A stretch of 64,000 nt of DNA from an uncultured Ignavibacteria bacterium (GTDB taxonomy: Bacteria > Bacteroidota > Ignavibacteria > Ignavibacteriales > Ignavibacteriaceae): NCBI GenBank assembly GCA_963711455.1, contig CAVQEH010000002.1, forward strand, positions 522,756 to 586,755, read 5' to 3'. A model generated the notes under the pieces. The model searched no databases. It was given only the letters and a program-made list of their open reading frames with translations, and was not told the origin of the DNA. Both the position numbers and the translations under genes were made by a program. Numbering within the stretch: position 1 is the first letter of the stretch; each line of letters opens with the position of its first letter. Positions 27,426 to 35,694 of this stretch are shown one piece after another.

Positions 27426-28418
27426 CTATTTTTCAGCAGCTTCTTCTGGAGTAAATCGTTTTACAATATGATAAACGGGTTTAACGGTTCTCAGGTAATC
27501 ATAAATTGCACCTAAATCTTCTTTTGACATTCCGGCAAATAATGTCCAGGGCATTACAGTGTTAAAATCATGAGGTCCTACAGCAACATTTTTTGCAGAA
27601 TCGCTGTCGAAAGATTTAAATTGGTTAACGAAATTTTCTTTTGTCCAGTTACCAATACCGGTTTCGGGATCCGGAGTAATATTTGCCGTCCTGATCGTTC
27701 CCCAGGGGAGATGAAATTCCTCTCCGCCGGCAAGGTCCATTCCTGGCAGCGGTTCGCCCTTTTTCGTAGGAGTATGGCAGCCGCTGCAGCTGGCAATAGT
27801 TACGAGATATTTTCCATATTCAACTGAGTTATTTTTATCTTCTGGAGGAGCGGGAGAATATGTTTTTATAGGCATTGTTTTAACAAGCAGATTTAATGGA
27901 AAATCCAATTCACTGTCGGGTACTTTATTTTCTATAGGTTTAAGAGATTTTATGTATGCAACTATCGAATACAGGTCCTCTTGTGTAAGATGATTAAAAC
28001 TATAATATGGCATCAACGGGAACAATGCTTTACCATCCTTATTAACACCCTGCGTTATTGCTCTTATAAGTTCTCCGTCAGTCCAGTTGCCTATTTCAGC
28101 AGGAGTTATATTTTTACTATAAAGATTTCCCGGGAATCCTATTTCCTTTGAATATTTTTCACCGCCCATTCCTCTTGTATCAGCTTTAATCGGACCCGAA
28201 TATTTTGTCCAGTCTCTTCCAGAATGACATTCAATACAACCTGTAACGTGATTTGCAAGATATTCACCTCTTGCAATTCTTTCTGGGGTAATTTCCACTT
28301 TTATGTCCCTGGGTTTACTAACATCGGGATATTTTGAATTGAAGTAAATAAATCCTACTAGAATTACCAGAATTAAAACACCAAGAACAACACCTGAAAT
28401 TTTGAAAATTTTTTTCAT
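27426..28418 (-). CDS. Membrane-anchored dihaem cytochrome c (paralogue of 26134-27123)
   Basis: N-terminal TM helix. CIECH and CSGCH motifs. Long strings shared with the neighbour (NSVEYGKYLVTIA, LFPLMPY, ITPD.ETGIG.WT, AIYDYL). Confidence 0.85.
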   Translation of the reverse strand: MKKIFKISGVVLGVLILVILVGFIYFNSKYPDVSKPRDIKVEITPERIARGEYLANHVTGCIECHSGRDWTKYSGPIKADTRGMGGEKYSKEIGFPGNLYSKNITPAEIGNWTDGELIRAITQGVNKDGKALFPLMPYYSFNHLTQEDLYSIVAYIKSLKPIENKVPDSELDFPLNLLVKTMPIKTYSPAPPEDKNNSVEYGKYLVTIASCSGCHTPTKKGEPLPGMDLAGGEEFHLPWGTIRTANITPDPETGIGNWTKENFVNQFKSFDSDSAKNVAVGPHDFNTVMPWTLFAGMSKEDLGAIYDYLRTVKPVYHIVKRFTPEEAAEK

Positions 28419-28709
28419 AGTACTCCTAAATAAATTTTTATATAAAAATGCCGCCCGGTAAATGAAATAAAGAGGTATTTATTCCATTCAGGTATTATAT
28501 TTTAACTGGTTTTTGGGAATTCAGGTCAAAATCTACAATTGAAAAATGACTGTGTCAATAGTTTTTTTCTAAAAATCAACACCTCCATTTCCCACGGCCA
28601 TAAAACAGGAAAAATTTGCATTCATAATTCAACAATTTGGCAATTTAATTATTATCCATTTGTAGAATTTCAATTTTAGTTTTAATTTAGAAGCAATCAG
28701 GAGATTTAT

Positions 28710-28925
28710 ATGATAAGTAAAGAGCTTCTTGATATATTATGCTGCCCCGAAACAAAAGCCGATCTTGTGCTTGATGGAGAAACACTGGTTTCAACAGATA
28801 AGAATACACGGCGGCGGTACAAAATTGAAGATGACATTCCTATTATGCTTATTGATGAATCGGAACAGTTATCAGTTGAGGAGTGGCAGAAAATAATGAA
28901 GAAACATGGGAAGAAAATTGATTAG
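28710..28925 (+). CDS. Trm112 / UPF0434 (YcaR-like) small zinc-ribbon-like protein
   Basis: 71 aa. LLDILCCPETKADL...YKIEDDIPIMLIDES is the family pattern. Confidence 0.8.
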   Translation: MISKELLDILCCPETKADLVLDGETLVSTDKNTRRRYKIEDDIPIMLIDESEQLSVEEWQKIMKKHGKKID

Positions 28926-28979
28926 CACTTTTTCTTGTTAAAAATATGTCTGATTTTCATTTCACAAAACCTCTCAATT

Positions 28980-29558
28980 ATGGACCCAATTAATATTTTC
29001 GTCGGCTTAAATATAATCGCAACTTTTGGTGCGCACTATTCAGGAGCAAAGAAGGGATTCCGTACTACTGTAGGTGCCTCAAGGGAAAAGCCTAAAAGCT
29101 TTCTGCAGACTGTGCCTGTTTTTTTATCAACCTTATCTCTTGTTGCAATTATTCTCGGTGTATTCAAAATCGGAACGCTTCAGTATTCTTTGTCCTATGA
29201 GACAGTAAGAATAACAGGGATGGTGATTTTTCTTGTTTTCTCCTGGATTCAGATTTTGGCAATTAAAACTCTTGGAGAAAATTATTCGCAGGATATTTTG
29301 ATTCTTAAAGACCATACTCTTGTTACAAAAGGAATTTTTAGGATTGTCAGGCATCCGCAGTATTTATCGCAAATCTTTATGGATCTTGGTGCCGCCCTTG
29401 CATTGCTTAGCTATGTTGTATTACCTCTTGCGGTTATTGAAATTCCTCTCTTAATTATGCGTGGTAAGCTTGAGGAAAAACTGCTTGCAAAATATTTTAA
29501 GAATGAGTTCGCCGGTTATAAAAAGAAAAGTGGTTTTATTCTGCCTTTTATTGGTTAG
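28980..29558 (+). CDS. Isoprenylcysteine carboxyl methyltransferase (ICMT)-family membrane methyltransferase
   Basis: Multi-TM protein with C-terminal LVTKGIFRIVRHPQYLSQIF, typical of the ICMT/PEMT-like family. I prefer the ATG at 28980 over the TTG at 28935. Confidence 0.75.
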   Translation: MDPINIFVGLNIIATFGAHYSGAKKGFRTTVGASREKPKSFLQTVPVFLSTLSLVAIILGVFKIGTLQYSLSYETVRITGMVIFLVFSWIQILAIKTLGENYSQDILILKDHTLVTKGIFRIVRHPQYLSQIFMDLGAALALLSYVVLPLAVIEIPLLIMRGKLEEKLLAKYFKNEFAGYKKKSGFILPFIG

Positions 29559-29571
29559 ATATTTATGGAAT

Positions 29572-31110
29572 ATGTTGAAGAAATTTTTTTTAATAATTAA
29601 TCTGTTTTTATTCCTTCCGCTGCTGCTCCTTGCCCAGACTAATAATGGACTTGCATTGGTTACATCTAACGGGACAAGCTATATTCCGGTATATGAGCGG
29701 CAGGGGATAGCTTATTTTTCAATAAATCATTTTGCTGACGCTGCTTCAACTTCTTACTACATAAATGATGAAACAAAAAAAATTGAGCTGAAATATGCTT
29801 CTCATAATTTAAAAATAACGGGTCAGAATCCATTCATTGTATTAACTTCCAAGGATAATTCAACAGAAGAAATTTACCAGCTTCCGACTTCCACATATAT
29901 AATTAATAATAATATTTTTATTCCTCTCCGCTATTCAATTGATATTTTAAGAAAAGCCTCCGGGCAGGATATCATTGTTGTGAGTGATAAGAAGCTGGTT
30001 ATAAAAGGGAAGCTGGGAAATGAAATTCCTGATGAAACTTCCGAAAAAATTAATATAACAGGTTTGAAAATCGATCAGAAAGCAAATGGTACTTTAATAA
30101 GAGTAAAAACAAATAAAAGAATTCCTTCTTATTACAGCAGCTATAAAAACGGTTTGCTCACAATTATTTTCAGAAAAGTTAATGCCGATGTTAACAGGCT
30201 TTCAAATGTTAATAGCACGGGTTTGGTCCAGAGTATAAAAGTAAAAAATATCGGTCCCGATACTCAGTTTGAATTCAAGGTCAGTAAAGAATATTCAACA
30301 AGTGAAGTTCTTAATGTAGATGGAAGCAAAGACATTCTCATCACTATTCACAACAAGGTTTTTTCTGGTGCGGTAGATAATAATAAAAATAAAGAAAAAT
30401 GGAAGTTTGATGTTATTGTCCTCGATGCCGGGCACGGAGGGAAAGATGCGGGCGCAATAGGCGTTAACGGTGTTAAAGAAAAGGATGTTAATCTTGGAGT
30501 TACACTTGCGCTCGGGAAGCTAATTGAAAAAAATATGAAAGATGTCAAGGTCGTTTATACAAGGAAATCCGATAATTTTGTTGAACTTTATCGCCGAGGT
30601 CAGATCGCAAATGAACAGAACGGCAAATTATTTATTTCCATTCATTGCAACTCTACTCCTGATAAGCCAACAAGTGCAAGCGGATTTGAAGTATATCTTT
30701 TAAGACCCGGAAGAACAAAAGAAGCAATTGCCATAGCTGAAAGAGAAAACAGCGTAATTCAGTATGAGGATAATCCCCAGAGATATAAAAAGCTTACCGA
30801 TGAAAATTTCATTCTTGTAAGCATGGCTCATTCCGCATATATGCGTTACTCGGAAAAGTTTTCCGAGCTTGTGGACAAAGATTATTCATTGGAAACTAAA
30901 ATCCCGTCGCGCGGCGTAAAGCAGGCAGGATTTTATGTCCTGGTAGGGGCTTCAATGCCGAGCGTTTTAATTGAAACAGGATTTATTTCAAACCGTCAGG
31001 ATGCGAAGTATATTTCAAGTTCGAAAGGACAAAAAGAAATTGCAGATGCAATTTTCGATGCAATAAAAAATTATAAGAAATACTACGAATCTACAATTGA
31101 GAATGAATGA
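29572..31110 (+). CDS. N-acetylmuramoyl-L-alanine amidase (Amidase_3, AmiC-like) with an N-terminal AMIN-like region
   Basis: Signal peptide begins at the ATG at 29572 (MLKKFFLIINLFLFLPLLLLAQ). The catalytic domain has VIVLDAGHGGKDAGAIG, ISIHCNS and GFYVL...PSVLIETGFISN. The ORF-track start at 29461 overlaps the previous gene. Confidence 0.9.
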   Translation: MLKKFFLIINLFLFLPLLLLAQTNNGLALVTSNGTSYIPVYERQGIAYFSINHFADAASTSYYINDETKKIELKYASHNLKITGQNPFIVLTSKDNSTEEIYQLPTSTYIINNNIFIPLRYSIDILRKASGQDIIVVSDKKLVIKGKLGNEIPDETSEKINITGLKIDQKANGTLIRVKTNKRIPSYYSSYKNGLLTIIFRKVNADVNRLSNVNSTGLVQSIKVKNIGPDTQFEFKVSKEYSTSEVLNVDGSKDILITIHNKVFSGAVDNNKNKEKWKFDVIVLDAGHGGKDAGAIGVNGVKEKDVNLGVTLALGKLIEKNMKDVKVVYTRKSDNFVELYRRGQIANEQNGKLFISIHCNSTPDKPTSASGFEVYLLRPGRTKEAIAIAERENSVIQYEDNPQRYKKLTDENFILVSMAHSAYMRYSEKFSELVDKDYSLETKIPSRGVKQAGFYVLVGASMPSVLIETGFISNRQDAKYISSSKGQKEIADAIFDAIKNYKKYYESTIENE

Positions 31111-31123
31111 TGAAATTGTTGAA

Positions 31124-31147
31124 CCTGCTCTGCAAAGCAGGCTTTTT
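31124..31147 (+). terminator. Rho-independent terminator
   Basis: CCTGCT-CTGCAA-AGCAGG hairpin followed by CTTTTT. Confidence 0.7.
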
Positions 31148-31325
31148 AATTGTTAAATTGCTGAATAACCTTGGTAATTTATTGTGAACCTTGTAGAAAA
31201 AACTTATTATCTTAACTCTTTTTTCCTGGGATATTGAATGAAGAATAAATATCTGTGGAATTATCTGCAGCTTCTGCAAAGAACTTATTAAAAATTTGAA
31301 AAAGTAAAAAAAAGAGAACTTACAG

Positions 31326-32027
31326 ATGAAAAAACCTATTGGCCAAAAGGACTCCGTCGGAGATGAAATCAGAGCTGATTACCGGCTCTTTATTGATATT
31401 CAAATGGGCAAGTATTTACGCAGTAAAAATAAATCTGAATTCGATAGTGATGATGAGGCAAAATTTATCATGAGTAAAGTAATTGAGGCGTACAATCAAA
31501 AAATTGCTTCAAACTATCTGCGCCTCGATAATCTTAATGAAGCCGCGAAGGTAAGCTGGTTCAATTCAGTTGAGATTGATTTTGAAAATACTCTCAACCA
31601 ATATCTGCCGGTTGAGAATATCCCGTTTATTAATAAAGAAACTCGTGATTTTATTTCATATTATAACAACTTGTTTCCCTTCCTCCCCGAAGGAGCAATA
31701 ATTTATTTAATAAACGCCGGGCCCGCACTGGAAGCTTATGCTTATCCTATGGAGAGGTTCAAAAAGATTATTGAAGGAGAAGAAACTACAGAAATCGAAG
31801 AGGATTTACTTCTTTGGGCTTACAACATTGCATTTGAGGTTTCTCAGTCGTACCTTGAAAAAAATAAAGTTAAGAAAGAAAAGTTGCTTGCAAATTCAAT
31901 AACCATTGCGGAAGAAGAGCTTGATGAAAAAACTGCTCTGAATGTTGTGTCACAGATTTATGCAAATTATAAAGAGAGTTTTACTGAACTGCATAAGAAA
32001 AAGAAGAATAAAAAGAAAAAAAAATAA
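31326..32027 (+). CDS. Hypothetical protein with a C-terminal poly-lysine tail
   Basis: 233-aa ORF with no recognisable motif. It ends in HKKKKNKKKKK, encoded by an A-rich run. Confidence 0.5.
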   Translation: MKKPIGQKDSVGDEIRADYRLFIDIQMGKYLRSKNKSEFDSDDEAKFIMSKVIEAYNQKIASNYLRLDNLNEAAKVSWFNSVEIDFENTLNQYLPVENIPFINKETRDFISYYNNLFPFLPEGAIIYLINAGPALEAYAYPMERFKKIIEGEETTEIEEDLLLWAYNIAFEVSQSYLEKNKVKKEKLLANSITIAEEELDEKTALNVVSQIYANYKESFTELHKKKKNKKKKK

Positions 32028-32222
32028 ACTTGTCTGTCGGTTTAGCCGCCGGATTTATCGTCTATGTCAGATGTCGGCAGACAGGGAAAAATTTTTCCAA
32101 CGGGCCACAGATTTAATATCAAATCAAATCTTCTCTCTGTCAAGTCTGAAAATTTATAATTTTTTTTAATCCGCTGGAAATTGTATACTTAATCAACAGT
32201 AATTCTGCTCTTAAGCTTCTGT

Positions 32223-32277
32223 AAAGCCGTTCCAAAGCCGCTGTCTTGCCGTACAAAAGCCGCTTTAAAGCCGCTTA
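32223..32277. repeat. Five tandem 11-bp units (consensus AAAGCCGCTnn) in a non-coding region
   Basis: The units are AAAGCCGTTCC, AAAGCCGCTGT, CTTGCCGTACA, AAAGCCGCTTT and AAAGCCGCTTA. They start at 32223, 32234, 32245, 32256 and 32267. Confidence 0.8.
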
Positions 32278-32491
32278 TTTGCTTTCAACTTACCTTAACC
32301 ACCCGTAAAAACCAAATTGGTTACTCCAAAGAAATTCTTCCATGGATACTCAAAGACCAAATTAAAAGCTTTTTATTTATGGTTTTTATGAATATAATTT
32401 TCTCTCGTAATCCCGCCTTTTTTAATATTCTTTCAATCGCACGCTTTTTATGTCATTCATCACACAAATTAACCTTTAATCCAAAATTAAT

Positions 32492-32520
32492 TTGACTTGT
32501 ATACCCAATTACCATACATT
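32492..32520 (+). promoter_or_regulatory. Candidate sigma-70-type promoter (TTGACT-17 nt-TACATT)
   Basis: -35 TTGACT at 32492-32497, a 17-nt spacer, and -10 TACATT at 32515-32520. The -10 region also reads TAcaTTTG (32515-32522), matching the Bacteroidota-type -7 element. Confidence 0.45.
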
Positions 32521-32521
32521 T

Positions 32522-32583
32522 GGAAACCGAAAAAACAAATAAAGTTTCCTTTGTGGTTAAAGCAGTAGTTTCTGCTTTTTTTT
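32522..32583 (+). ncRNA. Candidate short structured transcript or 5' leader: hairpin plus intrinsic terminator upstream of the tetR/RND operon
   Basis: Hairpin 1 is GGAAAC (32522-32527) with GTTTCC (32544-32549). Hairpin 2 is AAAGCAG (32559-32565) with CTGCTTT (32572-32578), with the T run continuing to 32583. It sits directly downstream of the candidate promoter and 66 nt upstream of the tetR ATG. Confidence 0.3.
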
Positions 32584-32648
32584 GAAGCTATAAGGAAACT
32601 GAATATACTGATTTAGTATCCTGAAAGGAATTAAAGGAGAAATTAAAA

Positions 32649-33287
32649 ATGCATGAAGAGAAAGAAGTTAAAGAAAGAATATTAAACCATGCTGAACAAT
32701 TATTTCTTCAGTTCGGCTACTCAAAAGTTACTATGGATGAAATAGCTGCCGGCATGGGAATGAGTAAAAAAACATTGTATAAATTTTTTCCCGGAAAAGA
32801 AGCTCTCGTTAAAGAGATTATAACTTCTATGAAATGCGGAATCGATGAGCACATCGATTTAATCTGGGCAAATGAACAAATGGATTTTATGGATAAGCTG
32901 AAATCGGTTATGAATTTTATAGGGAAACAAACTTCAAAGCTGCACGGACCTTTGCTGGAAGATTTACATAAAAATATTCCTGAAGTATGGGAAGAAATTC
33001 ATGATTTCCGTAAAGCAAATGCTGTAAAAAGATTTTCTGTTTTTATAAATGAAGGTGTCGAAAAAGGAGTTTTCAGGAAAGACATAGATAAGCAGTTAAT
33101 CATTCTTTTTTATCTCCATGCAATTCAGGGAATGATAAATCCTGAAACATTAAGCCAGCTTCCATATTCAGCCAACCAGGTTTTTGATTCAATTATCAGG
33201 ATTATCTTTGAGGGAATATTAACTGAAGAGGGGAGAAATGAATATTTATCGTACGATAATGAAGAAATAAGCAAAGGAGAAAATTAA
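32649..33287 (+). CDS. TetR/AcrR family transcriptional regulator
   Basis: N-terminal HTH: ILNHAEQLFLQFGYSKVTMDEIAAGMGMSKKTLYKFF. It is the first gene of the efflux operon. Confidence 0.9.
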   Translation: MHEEKEVKERILNHAEQLFLQFGYSKVTMDEIAAGMGMSKKTLYKFFPGKEALVKEIITSMKCGIDEHIDLIWANEQMDFMDKLKSVMNFIGKQTSKLHGPLLEDLHKNIPEVWEEIHDFRKANAVKRFSVFINEGVEKGVFRKDIDKQLIILFYLHAIQGMINPETLSQLPYSANQVFDSIIRIIFEGILTEEGRNEYLSYDNEEISKGEN

Positions 33288-33288
33288 A

Positions 33289-34611
33289 ATGAAGTCGGGA
33301 TTAATATCGATGCTTATACTCTTGTTTAGCGGGTTTTTAACATTCCCGGGATATTCACAGGAAGTACGCAAACTATCACTTGATGAAAGTATACAATTAG
33401 GATTGCAGAATAGTGAGCTCATTCATTCATCTAAAATGAAAGTTAATTATGCCGAAGCAAAACTTAGTGAAGTGAACACATTCAGACTGCCTTCTTTAAA
33501 ATTAAATGCATCCTATACAAGGTTAAGTGAAGTTGAACCGTTCATTATAAGCATACCGAATTTTGGTTCATTCAATATTTCGCCATCTATTGTAAATAAC
33601 TATAATATAAAGCTTTCACTTCAGCAGCCTTTATTTACAGGTTTTAAGTTATCAAGCAGTTCAAATATTGCTGAATATAATTATGAGTCTCGGAAGCAGG
33701 AATATACCAGGGATGAACAGCAGCTTGTCTTAAATATAAAAAATGCTTACTGGAATTTGTTTAAAGTAATAAAAGTAAAAAGCGCAGTAGATGAAAATGT
33801 TGACTTAATAAAAGCGCATCTTACTGATATTACAAATTTCTTTGACCAGGGACTATCTACTAAAAACGATGTCCTTAAAGTGCAGGTTCAGCTTGCAGAA
33901 GCGCAGTTAAGACAAATAGATGCAAAGAATGGTGTGGAGCTTGCCAAAAGTAATTTGAATAATGTTATAGGACTGCCTCTTTCCACAAACGTTGAAGTTC
34001 AATCCGATGTTTCAATAAATGAAGATACAATTCCCGAGCTTGATCGATTGACAGATGAAGCTATGCAGAACAGACCGGAATTGAAAGCAATGGACTTTCA
34101 GTTAAAAGCCGGCGAAAGCGGTGTTACTCTTGCTGAATCAAATTGGTATCCGCAAATATATCTTACCGGAGACTATTATTACTCAAGACCGAACCAGAGA
34201 ATATTTCCCGCTGAAGATAAATTTAACGGAACATGGGATGTTGGTGTTGGATTATCATGGGATATCTGGAACTGGCTTTCTACAAGTGATCAGACAAAGC
34301 AGGCAGAAGCACAATACGAGCAGGTTAAAGATGGTTACAAAAGTCTGAAAGATGGAATAACCCTCGAAGTAACACAGAACTATTTAAATCTTCTTAAAGC
34401 GAAAGAAAAGATTACTACAGCCAATCAGAGCGTTCACCAGGCTGAAGAAAATTATCGTGTAACAGATGAAACATTTAAAAACGGTTTGAATCTTAATTCA
34501 GATTTGCTGGACGCTGAGTTTTCACTGATGCAGGCAAAAACAAATTACGTTCAGGCGCTGGCAGATTATGAGGTTGCAAAAGCAAGTTTAGAAAAATCAA
34601 TTGGTAAATAA
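33289..34611 (+). CDS. TolC-like outer-membrane efflux protein
   Basis: Signal peptide. Two OEP-type repeats (LSLDESIQLGLQNSELI..., RPELKAMDFQLKAGESGVTLAESNWYPQI...). Confidence 0.9.
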   Translation: MKSGLISMLILLFSGFLTFPGYSQEVRKLSLDESIQLGLQNSELIHSSKMKVNYAEAKLSEVNTFRLPSLKLNASYTRLSEVEPFIISIPNFGSFNISPSIVNNYNIKLSLQQPLFTGFKLSSSSNIAEYNYESRKQEYTRDEQQLVLNIKNAYWNLFKVIKVKSAVDENVDLIKAHLTDITNFFDQGLSTKNDVLKVQVQLAEAQLRQIDAKNGVELAKSNLNNVIGLPLSTNVEVQSDVSINEDTIPELDRLTDEAMQNRPELKAMDFQLKAGESGVTLAESNWYPQIYLTGDYYYSRPNQRIFPAEDKFNGTWDVGVGLSWDIWNWLSTSDQTKQAEAQYEQVKDGYKSLKDGITLEVTQNYLNLLKAKEKITTANQSVHQAEENYRVTDETFKNGLNLNSDLLDAEFSLMQAKTNYVQALADYEVAKASLEKSIGK

Positions 34612-34629
34612 AAATGGAGGGCATATAAA

Positions 34630-35685
34630 ATGAAAAAGTTAAAGTATTATATAATCTCGGTTCTTGTGTTTGTAGTGTTGGTTTTAGTGTTAATAAATAA
34701 CCGTGCGCAGCTTGAAGCCAAAGCAAAGAATGATAAAATAAGTGCTTACCCGGTTACAGTATCAACGGTTGTGCAGAAAGAAGTATCGAATAAGATTGAA
34801 CTTGTTGGAACTATAGTCGGTGATAATGATGTCCAGGTTATTTCTGAAGCCCAGGGAAAAGTAACTGGAATTTATGCGAAGGTCGGTGATTATAAATCAG
34901 CAGGTTCTGTTATCGCTCAGCTTGATGATGAACTGAAAAAAAGCGCCTATGAAACAGCCCAGGTTAATTATGAGAAATCTAAAAAAGATTTTGAGAGATA
35001 TGATGTGTTATATAAGAACAAGTCTGTTTCAGATGTTCAGTATGAACAGGCAAAGCTTGGTTATTACAATGCCCAATCTCAGTACGTTGCTGCAAAAAAA
35101 GATTATGAGGATACGAAAATTACAGCTCCTATATCGGGAATTATAACCTCGCGCAATATAGATATGGGAACTTATGTAAATAAAAATATGCCGGTTGCTA
35201 ATATTGTCGATATATCCAGGCTTAAAGTAAAAGTCGGTGTAGCTGAAAAGGATGTGTTTTCACTTAAGCAGGGCAATAAAGTAACAGTTACGACCAATGT
35301 ATATCCCGGTGTGGAATTTCCCGGAACGATTTCTACGATAAGCGATAAAGGAGATCAAGCTCATAATTATCCCGTAGAAATTTCTTTGATGAATAGTAAA
35401 GAGCATCCTTTAAAATCGGGAATGTTCGGTAAAGTCAGCTTTAAACAAAAATCCAATGAAGCAAAACTCATTGTTTCCCGTGATGCTTTAGTGGGAAGCA
35501 TTAAAAGTCCCCAGGTTTTTGTTGTTGAAAATGGAACAGTCCACTTGAGAGATATCATTATAGGCAATACTTATGATACAAATCTTGAGGTGCTTAACGG
35601 GTTAAAGACAGGGGATAAAGTAGTTGTAAACGGACAAAATAACCTTGAAGAAAATACCGCTGTTTATGTTGTAGACCAGGATTAG
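34630..35685 (+). CDS. RND efflux periplasmic adaptor (membrane fusion protein, HlyD family)
   Basis: TM anchor. Lipoyl/hairpin/beta-barrel pattern (VGDYKSAGSVIAQLDD..., ITAPISGIITSRNIDMGTYV). Confidence 0.9.
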   Translation: MKKLKYYIISVLVFVVLVLVLINNRAQLEAKAKNDKISAYPVTVSTVVQKEVSNKIELVGTIVGDNDVQVISEAQGKVTGIYAKVGDYKSAGSVIAQLDDELKKSAYETAQVNYEKSKKDFERYDVLYKNKSVSDVQYEQAKLGYYNAQSQYVAAKKDYEDTKITAPISGIITSRNIDMGTYVNKNMPVANIVDISRLKVKVGVAEKDVFSLKQGNKVTVTTNVYPGVEFPGTISTISDKGDQAHNYPVEISLMNSKEHPLKSGMFGKVSFKQKSNEAKLIVSRDALVGSIKSPQVFVVENGTVHLRDIIIGNTYDTNLEVLNGLKTGDKVVVNGQNNLEENTAVYVVDQD

Positions 35686-35694
35686 GAGATTAAA

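Noticed and set aside
29461-29571. 37-aa N-terminal extension of the amidase ORF, overlapping the ICMT-family gene
   Set aside because: The ATG at 29572 is followed directly by a classic signal peptide (MLKKFFLIINLFLFLPLLLLAQ). The upstream extension is simply the other frame of the previous gene's 3' end.
32553-32585. 10-codon GTG-initiated ORF (VVKAVVSAFF) spanning the leader terminator upstream of tetR, as a possible attenuation leader peptide
   Set aside because: It has a non-ATG start, no ribosome-binding site and is very short. It is mentioned only as a possibility under the leader finding.
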